IMG/VR virus record: IMGVR_UViG_3300006105_000076
Location: 1-30,945 of that record
DNA from: a virus
Taxonomy: Duplodnaviria > Caudoviricetes
Length of the DNA: 30,945 nt
Strand: one strand, 5' to 3'
Position 1 is the first letter of the stretch; every line of letters begins with the position of its first letter. The notes beneath the pieces were generated by a model. It worked only from the letters and a program-made list of their open reading frames with translations. It was not told where the DNA came from and searched no databases. The translations under genes were made by a program, and so were the position numbers. Below are positions 24,579 through 30,945 of the stretch, one piece after another.

Positions 24579-25496
24579 TTAGGCAGAGATCGTCCGGAGG
24601 GCGCTGGTATCAGCAACCGCCGAGCCAACAGCCAGGTCATACGAGCCGTAGAGGGAGCGGGTGGACTGGTCGGCCCAGATGTTGAGGTTGACCGCGACGC
24701 CGAGATCGGGAATCTCGATGACCTCGGAGAGCTGGAGCAGGGAAGCCACAGCGGGATCGATGTACGGGATGGCGGTGGCCACGGCCATCGCTTCCTCTGA
24801 GGCTACTAGGCCCTTCACTGTGCGCGTCGTACCGTTCAAACCGTTGTCTGTTCCACCGGTGATTCCGGTCCAACGGTTGTTCAGGTAGATGCCGTTCTCA
24901 AACCCGTAGGCACCCTTCTGGGCGACATCGAGGTTGAATCCGGTCTGGGGCAGGAGGTACTGGTAGTAGCTGCCGTCGAGGATCAGCGCCTTGCTGGAGC
25001 TGTTGCTGATGGAAGCCCAGATCGTTCCGAGGGCGGCACTGATGAAAGTGTTGCCGGGAAGCGCATTGCTGGTCGTGATCGCGGAGGTGTAAGCCGTTCC
25101 GAAGGTCGGGGATCCGACGGTTCCTGCACCGATCGGCGTCAGGACGTTGTCCATGACGGCATCGGCGAGTTTGCGCAGAGCGATCTTCATGAGCTTCTCC
25201 AGACGGAAGCCCTGGTTGAGCTGCTGGCTGGTCAGGCCGAATCCGGCGCTGATGTGGGTCATGGTGATCGCCGCGTTGCTGAGGGTCGAACCGGCAACGG
25301 CAAACGACGTGGGGTTGGAGACCGCAGCGGCGCTGGCGGTGGCGACACCGACCTGCAACTTGCGGAGAGGATCGACGACATCCGACGAGAAATCCGTCGA
25401 AAATGCGTTGAGTGGTGCGAGGCGGTTCTGGAGAACCGTCACGGCTGCCCTCGTGCCCGTATCGACAACGAGGGAACTGCTAAATGTGTTGGACAT
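24579..25496 (-). CDS. Major capsid protein
   Basis: Follows protease/scaffold; 305 aa; strong codon bias; terminator downstream. Confidence 0.8.
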   Translation of the reverse strand: MSNTFSSSLVVDTGTRAAVTVLQNRLAPLNAFSTDFSSDVVDPLRKLQVGVATASAAAVSNPTSFAVAGSTLSNAAITMTHISAGFGLTSQQLNQGFRLEKLMKIALRKLADAVMDNVLTPIGAGTVGSPTFGTAYTSAITTSNALPGNTFISAALGTIWASISNSSSKALILDGSYYQYLLPQTGFNLDVAQKGAYGFENGIYLNNRWTGITGGTDNGLNGTTRTVKGLVASEEAMAVATAIPYIDPAVASLLQLSEVIEIPDLGVAVNLNIWADQSTRSLYGSYDLAVGSAVADTSALRTISA

Positions 25497-25520
25497 TTGA
25501 ATGTGGGGTTGGGGTTGGGT

Positions 25521-26645
25521 TTATTTCCTCGACCGGGCTGCAATGGCCTTTTCGAGGTCACGGCGGTGGGTTTGGAAAAATTCTAGGCGTGCAGGACCGG
25601 CTTCCATCGCCTCGTATTGCTCGACCAAGGATGGCTGCGCGGCACTTTCGGAAATCTGCGGGATCTCACAGGCAGGCATGAGGCCGAGAACCGTTTTGAC
25701 GGAGCGGTGAAGCATGTTCAGCTCGACGAGCTGGGCTTCCTTGATGGCAAGATTTTCACGCAGGGCCTTCAGCTCGGTTTTCACGGCGGCAAGCTCGATG
25801 CGGTTGGCTTCGAACTCGGTATCAATGACGCGAAGGCGTGCCAATTCGGCAGGAACGACAACCGGGGCGGCGGCGGATTCAACTGCAGATTCCTCTGCTG
25901 TTGGTTCTGCTTTTACCTCAGGTTCCTCAAGAACGGGTTCGCTCTCGATGACGGAATTGAGTTCTTCCTTACCTTCCTCAACGACCGCCTCCACAGCGGT
26001 GGCCTCGGCGGCAGGGGCGGCTTCCACAACCACAGCCGCCTCAACGGGGGCTTCGGCGGGAATTTCGGTGGGTTGGGCGTTCTCGTCCATAGCTTGAAAA
26101 AGGCCGTTTCCGCAAGCGGGGTTTTTAACCAGGTCGGCTCCGTAAAGTTCACAAACTCTCGCCGCATAGGCGACGATGTCATCGGCAACTACCTGTGCAA
26201 GGGTGCCATCCTGATCATCCTCGTCGTCATCCGGTTCCATGTCGGCCCCTTTGACCGGATCGGGGGCGTTCATGAAAGAAATCGAAATGCCGAAATTGCT
26301 CGGCATGGTCTCGGCCATTTCAAGGATCGTGGCAAAACTCTCGTGGGTTTTGAGCAGGTAAAGGTCACCGCGTACCTTTTCCCCATCGAGGTAGACATCG
26401 CGGATGGCTCCTACGAGATCCTCAATCCCGGTGCCGTGGTCAAAGTTCACAGGAACGCCGTCGGCAAATGCCTGGGCGGCGACCGCAACTTCGGAAAGCG
26501 TGGTGTCATCGACAATGATGGGTTCCCCAAGGAAGGTATGTCCCTTGGCAGGTCCCTTGCTGATCAAACTGACTCCACGAAGCACTCCGGCCTCGGCATC
26601 AATGCGCGAGTCTGCTGCTACGGAAAATAAGGAAAGTTTGCTCAT
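25521..26645 (-). CDS. Prohead protease fused to scaffold
   Basis: VNFDHG, FGISISF, ADLVKNPA; acidic Ala/Glu linker and coiled coil. Confidence 0.85.
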   Translation of the reverse strand: MSKLSLFSVAADSRIDAEAGVLRGVSLISKGPAKGHTFLGEPIIVDDTTLSEVAVAAQAFADGVPVNFDHGTGIEDLVGAIRDVYLDGEKVRGDLYLLKTHESFATILEMAETMPSNFGISISFMNAPDPVKGADMEPDDDEDDQDGTLAQVVADDIVAYAARVCELYGADLVKNPACGNGLFQAMDENAQPTEIPAEAPVEAAVVVEAAPAAEATAVEAVVEEGKEELNSVIESEPVLEEPEVKAEPTAEESAVESAAAPVVVPAELARLRVIDTEFEANRIELAAVKTELKALRENLAIKEAQLVELNMLHRSVKTVLGLMPACEIPQISESAAQPSLVEQYEAMEAGPARLEFFQTHRRDLEKAIAARSRK

Positions 26646-28144
26646 TCTGGATTTCCCACGAGTGTCAAATCTGGCGTGACGGGGCTGCCGGGGGCCGGTG
26701 GGAAAACTTCGGCAACGGAAAGCTGCACTCCCTCTTCCTTGGCAATCTGTTCGACGAGCTTTTTCCTGCGTGCAGCAAACCGGACAATGTCCTCGTCCTG
26801 ACGGTCAGCGTCCAAGCCCTGCAAAGCGTAATAGCGTTGGGGAGATATCTGACCGCGAAGCAAAAGGTCACTGAGGAGGCGTCCTTCCCTGGCAAAATCG
26901 ACACTGATCCGGGCGGGAGGCGTCAGCTCGCAGCGCCACCAATCGGATCCATTTCCCGGCATCGGCAACCGTCCTGCCTCAATCTCCTGCCAAACCCAGA
27001 AACGCCAGAAAGGAAGCGCAAAAGAATGCGAGATCACGTCGCGGATCTCATCGAGCTTTCCGCTGGCTTCTTCCAATATCCAACGCTGATTCGCACCACC
27101 GGCATCGGTGGCATCAAAAAGGAACTGGCTGCTGACGCCCAACCCGACGGCGATTTCTTCTTTCAAGGTATTGAGAAACTCACGGATGTTGGATGATGGA
27201 TGATTATTAATAAGACTCTCTACACGCTCACCTGGCTTGAGCTGCGGGATCACCGATCCGCTGGTAATGATGTCGTGGGTCATTGTCCCGGTGCCGCTGC
27301 CACCGGATCCCTTGACCAAAGCGGAACCCAACCCAATGGAACCGGCCTCCGGGGATGTAATGACCAGACCAAGGGATGCCCCAAGCTTGGCGCTGGCTTT
27401 TTCCGAGGCAAGGTACTCCGCGATATCCTGCAACGTCTGGGCGGCACGGGCCAGATGGCTGGGGGCACGCACGCCTCCAAGGCGGTAGGCCATCTTGACC
27501 TGAGTCATGTCATCCGCGCTGACATCGGTGTAATCATCGGAACCGGGAGCGGTTAAAACCCTCCAACGGGTTGGCCGTCCACGGGAATCGACCTTAGCCC
27601 CATCGTTCCATCCATCCTTTTCATCGCCCTGGACGCTGCCGACATTTTCCCCAGGGACGAGGCGGAACATGGCGCGGCCATTTTTGCTGACGGTGCGCTG
27701 CCAAAAGACATCACCGGCCAAAGTCATGCTCTTGGTAAGCAATGTCTGGGCTTGGTAAAAATTCACATTCCCGGAAACATCGACACCAAAGGCTGAATTT
27801 CCACAGGCGTCCTCAAAGGCACGCTCGGCCATTCGGTTCCACTTTTCATCAGCAGTGCGAGCTTGCGGAACAAGAGGACCGACAAGGCGTGAAATCTTAT
27901 CCACGGCACCACCGGCCAAACCGGAATTATTATACAACCAGTATGCCTTGCGGCATAAGCTCAAACGGGATCCGGAAACGAGATCCTTGGACGCATCCAG
28001 AGTCGGTGCGTAGATCCACATGCGGTTTGTGGAATAAAGATTATTCCCAGCCTCATAAGCCGCAAAATCGGATTGTTTTCTAGGGCGGCCAGCACCGACT
28101 CGGGCACCTCCGCGTTTTGATTTTGATTTGGTAGGTGTCGCCAT
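26642..28144 (-). CDS. Lambda-type portal protein
   Basis: RKAYWLYNNSG, NFYQAQ..GDVF, DGAKVDSRGRP, LKPGE. Confidence 0.9.
   Translation of the reverse strand: MATPTKSKSKRGGARVGAGRPRKQSDFAAYEAGNNLYSTNRMWIYAPTLDASKDLVSGSRLSLCRKAYWLYNNSGLAGGAVDKISRLVGPLVPQARTADEKWNRMAERAFEDACGNSAFGVDVSGNVNFYQAQTLLTKSMTLAGDVFWQRTVSKNGRAMFRLVPGENVGSVQGDEKDGWNDGAKVDSRGRPTRWRVLTAPGSDDYTDVSADDMTQVKMAYRLGGVRAPSHLARAAQTLQDIAEYLASEKASAKLGASLGLVITSPEAGSIGLGSALVKGSGGSGTGTMTHDIITSGSVIPQLKPGERVESLINNHPSSNIREFLNTLKEEIAVGLGVSSQFLFDATDAGGANQRWILEEASGKLDEIRDVISHSFALPFWRFWVWQEIEAGRLPMPGNGSDWWRCELTPPARISVDFAREGRLLSDLLLRGQISPQRYYALQGLDADRQDEDIVRFAARRKKLVEQIAKEEGVQLSVAEVFPPAPGSPVTPDLTLVGNPE
26663..26669 (-). promoter_or_regulatory. 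TTTGACA late element inside the portal 3' end
   Basis: 17 nt before protease ATG. Confidence 0.5.
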
Positions 28145-28158
28145 AAGAGGCGATCACT

Positions 28159-28165
28159 TGTCAAA
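28159..28165 (-). promoter_or_regulatory. TTTGACA late element
   Basis: 14 nt before portal ATG. Confidence 0.65.
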
Positions 28166-28177
28166 AAATCAAAGAAA

Positions 28178-28504
28178 TCAAAGGACCGCCACCGTGCGTC
28201 CGTAATCGACGCGGGTGCAAAGCTGTCGGGACTGAAGCGCCGTGCCGTCAGTGTTCAAAGGGGCATCACCTTTTTCGGCACGCACATCCATGACCACGCC
28301 GAGGTAAAGCCATTTCGGAAATGCTACCTCACCATTGGCAGATCCGCCGTCGGCTGCCGTGCCGGTGATGGTTACCTCCTCGGAAGCGGAGGCAAAGATG
28401 GAGTCGGATAGTGCCTTCAGCTCCTCGATGCTCTTGTATCGGAGGTATGATTTGATTCCGGAGACCTTCTGATGGTCAAAGGTAGCGTTGGTGCTGGAAG
28501 CCAT
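28178..28504 (-). CDS. Head completion protein (gpW position)
   Basis: Between terL and portal as in lambda. Confidence 0.6.
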   Translation of the reverse strand: MASSTNATFDHQKVSGIKSYLRYKSIEELKALSDSIFASASEEVTITGTAADGGSANGEVAFPKWLYLGVVMDVRAEKGDAPLNTDGTALQSRQLCTRVDYGRTVAVL

Positions 28505-28517
28505 GCATCGCTAGGGA

Positions 28518-28524
28518 TGTCAAA
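28518..28524 (-). promoter_or_regulatory. TTTGACA late element overlapping the terL stop
   Basis: 13 nt before ATG at 28504. Confidence 0.6.
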
Positions 28525-30253
28525 GTTTCTCCCGAAGGATGGCCCAGCCGACGCAGTGGAGCTTGGTACAATCCCCGTAGTGGTCGTTCTCCAATTTCTT
28601 GAACTCGTAGGGGGTGGTGCGGTTGTTCCTGTTCTCGACAAGTACCTGACCGCTCAGGCCTGCAATGAAATCGCGGGTGACATCCTCGGGAAGATGAAGC
28701 AGAGGGGGTAGCTTCTTTTGAACCCGATCGATATAGAGGTGCATTTTCCAAACATGATCCGAATAGCTATAAAGAATGGATCCGACTCCGGGGAGGGGTG
28801 ATACGTGGAATTGCTTGAAGGTGGCACCCCCGCCCTTGCTTGGATAGAAGAGGCCTTCCGATCTTCCGCAGACGGAATAGACTCTCTCGGTGAAGAATCC
28901 CGAATCGATAAGTCCAGCCATCGGGCGTACCTGGGTGACGCCGTCGGGCATGAGGTAGGTTCTGGCTGCCAAGAATGAATCACTGACCAATTCATCGACC
29001 TCGGCGACTTCACCCCAATCAATCACCCAGCTTTCTCCGGACATGATCCGAGCCTCGACGGTCCAATGCGTCCGGGTGCCACCCGGATCGGCGCAGAGGG
29101 TAAGGATAGGAGTCTGTCCATCAATGACCGCCGCCGCCGGGATCTGGCGCTGACGGTAGTCGCTCCGGAGATCGAGGAGGCTGTCATCCTTGACGGTGGT
29201 TGCCCGGTCTTCCCACGGCAGTCCGAGATAGGTGTTGTAAAAATCATGGAGGCCACCGGGGCTGTCGCGTTTTTGGAGGAAGAGTTTGGCAAGTTCTCCC
29301 CAGCTCGATTGCGGGGAATACATGGCATTGAGATGGCAGGAGATGTGATCTCTGGGGGCGGCAATGTTCCCGGCAATCCATCGACCGGATGCCACGAGGC
29401 GGCGTTGCATTTCCTGTGGCCAGAGGGATCCGCATGCTTCGCACTGGTAGCAGGCTGTATCCGAAACGCCATCGAGGTCCCAGACGCCATCCGCTCCACG
29501 CAGCTCGTCGGACCATTTTACCTGCTCAAACCGAAGGTGCTGGCTTTTTCCGCAATCGGGGCAATCGACGTGGTATCTGTGTTGGCTGCCGGAAAGAAAT
29601 TGGCTGTAGATTGCTCCGGTGGCAACCGTGGGCGTCGATACCAGGACACGCTTGCAAATGGAGCGGTAGAAGTTGGTTCGTGCCATTGCCAGCTCCAGCG
29701 ATGGAGCTTCGGTGGCGGAGGCGTCGGGCCATTTGTCCACCTCGTCGCAAAAAAGGTAGCGGGTAGGGCGGGAGGCAAGGTTGGCTTCGGAATTGGAACC
29801 GACTAACTTGACCGTGCAACTCTTGAACTGCATTTCCGTTTTTTTGAAAAGATCGGGATCATCGGGAAGCAATGGCCGGAGCGCGGCACACGATTTTACT
29901 CGTGGGATAAGTTCACGTTCGCTCCATGATTTTGCATTCTCTCCAGTGGAAGTGACGTACAGGACGGGACCCGGATCCTCGGCGACAGCGTATTGGATGA
30001 GGTTGGCAAGAAGGGTTGTTCCGCCGATCTGGGCGCTCTTTACAAAAGTGATCTGCCTGATTGCCCGATCACCGAACCAGAGATGAAGCTGCCTGAGGTA
30101 GGGGGTGAAATCACAGTTGAATCTCCCAGGGCGCGGAGAGAATCGGGGATCGATGACGATCTCGCGTTCAGCCCATGTCAGAGGGTCGGGACGCTCCTTC
30201 GGTTCCCACATCGAGGCGAGGTCGGCCTCAAGTCGTTGCAGGGCCGGTGACAT
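28520..30253 (-). CDS. terL: Terminase large subunit, lambda gpA family
   Basis: TPYL, KSAQIGGT, LFCDEVD, STPT, CPDC..CEAC, FYNTYLGLPW, NDHYGDC; start at MSPALQ. Confidence 0.96.
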   Translation of the reverse strand: MSPALQRLEADLASMWEPKERPDPLTWAEREIVIDPRFSPRPGRFNCDFTPYLRQLHLWFGDRAIRQITFVKSAQIGGTTLLANLIQYAVAEDPGPVLYVTSTGENAKSWSERELIPRVKSCAALRPLLPDDPDLFKKTEMQFKSCTVKLVGSNSEANLASRPTRYLFCDEVDKWPDASATEAPSLELAMARTNFYRSICKRVLVSTPTVATGAIYSQFLSGSQHRYHVDCPDCGKSQHLRFEQVKWSDELRGADGVWDLDGVSDTACYQCEACGSLWPQEMQRRLVASGRWIAGNIAAPRDHISCHLNAMYSPQSSWGELAKLFLQKRDSPGGLHDFYNTYLGLPWEDRATTVKDDSLLDLRSDYRQRQIPAAAVIDGQTPILTLCADPGGTRTHWTVEARIMSGESWVIDWGEVAEVDELVSDSFLAARTYLMPDGVTQVRPMAGLIDSGFFTERVYSVCGRSEGLFYPSKGGGATFKQFHVSPLPGVGSILYSYSDHVWKMHLYIDRVQKKLPPLLHLPEDVTRDFIAGLSGQVLVENRNNRTTPYEFKKLENDHYGDCTKLHCVGWAILREKL

Positions 30254-30833
30254 CAGCGGACGTTTCCTTTTGGTTCCACGGGGTTGATGCAGCCGCAGCC
30301 GCCAGCTCACGAAGGATCGACACCACTTCCTCCCTGACAATCCCCGAAACATCGACGGGAGATTCGATACGGGATGCCAAAACGTCAGGAAGGTTTTCCA
30401 TAAGTTGCTTGGCCATTGCCATGTTACCCAGGATGAATTCGGAAACTTTGGAAACTTCGACGAGTTTTCCGGAAGCAGTTGCCAGTTTTAGGTTGTTTTC
30501 CGAAACGAGGGTCCAGAGTTTGTGCGCTTCGATGGATGCTTTCAGTAATGTCGGAAGGGAATTCATGTCACCCCTGGCTTCAGCCTGATCACAGAGATTA
30601 GAAAGACGGGCATGACGGACGGCAGCGGCCTGTTCGGTCTCTTCAGGCGTCATGGGCTTTGCATTTGCTTCGGGTCGTGCAAAAGAAAACTGAGAATCTT
30701 GTGCGCGAGAACGGAGGAAATCCCGCCACCGAGGATCATCGAGGTTCCGCCAGTTACGAACGGCGCGGACGGAAACGGAATGAACTTTGGCGCATTCCTC
30801 AATAAGGGCAGATTCGTGACGTGATTTCCGCAT
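30228..30833 (-). CDS. terS: Terminase small subunit (Nu1-like)
   Basis: HTH CAKVHSVSVRAVRNW; GKLVEVSKV..LMENLPDVLA; upstream of terL. Confidence 0.85.
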   Translation of the reverse strand: MRKSRHESALIEECAKVHSVSVRAVRNWRNLDDPRWRDFLRSRAQDSQFSFARPEANAKPMTPEETEQAAAVRHARLSNLCDQAEARGDMNSLPTLLKASIEAHKLWTLVSENNLKLATASGKLVEVSKVSEFILGNMAMAKQLMENLPDVLASRIESPVDVSGIVREEVVSILRELAAAAASTPWNQKETSADVTGPATT

Positions 30834-30846
30834 TCGTTCCGAGGAA

Positions 30847-30853
30847 TGTCAAA
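30847..30853 (-). promoter_or_regulatory. TTTGACA late element
   Basis: 13 nt before terS ATG. Confidence 0.65.
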
Positions 30854-30936
30854 GGAAGCATACGGAACGATCAAGGAACGGAAGGAAAGGGATTGGTTCC
30901 CTAATGTCTGCAACCAACACGCTTAAAAATAACGCG

Positions 30937-30945
30937 GGCGGCAAC
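30937..30945 (+). repeat. Terminal direct repeat (right copy)
   Basis: Identical to 1-9. Confidence 0.75.

Larger units (their letters stand above)
1..30945. mobile_element. Temperate tailed phage, probably a complete genome (free, attP-containing form)
   Basis: Terminase, portal, capsid, tail, lysis, integrase, intact attP and replication genes all present; no host housekeeping genes; ends share a 9-bp repeat. Confidence 0.93.

Noticed and set aside
25617-26630. 337-aa plus-strand ORF
   Set aside because: Antisense shadow of the protease/scaffold
30254-30352. terL N-terminal extension
   Set aside because: Deep overlap with terS; MSPALQ at 30253 fits gpA-family length

Overview
Apparently the complete ~30.9 kb genome of a temperate, lambda-type tailed phage (siphovirus-like; Verrucomicrobiota host is a guess from gene style only). 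The ends share a 9-bp repeat at a lambda-cos-like site about 100 bp upstream of terS. Almost all genes are on the minus strand: packaging/head, tail, a Ser/Thr-rich tail protein with an adjacent glycosyltransferase, collagen-like and Cys-rich fibre genes, lysis, a dNMP kinase/phosphoesterase block, then the early/replication genes. Only the tyrosine integrase, an RHH repressor and one membrane gene are on the plus strand. Main oddities: (1) a TTTGACA element only 13-14 nt before many late start codons, with a sigma-region-4-like HTH gene as candidate reader; (2) an immunity switch made of two divergent ribbon-helix-helix genes; (3) a tRNA-Ser attP inside the early gene run, so integration cuts the replication genes off from the switch; (4) a helicase apparently split in two, with a DnaB-like N-domain in place of a primase; (5) an in-frame repeat array with exact 105-bp period. 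All family calls are from motif recognition by eye; no searches were run.
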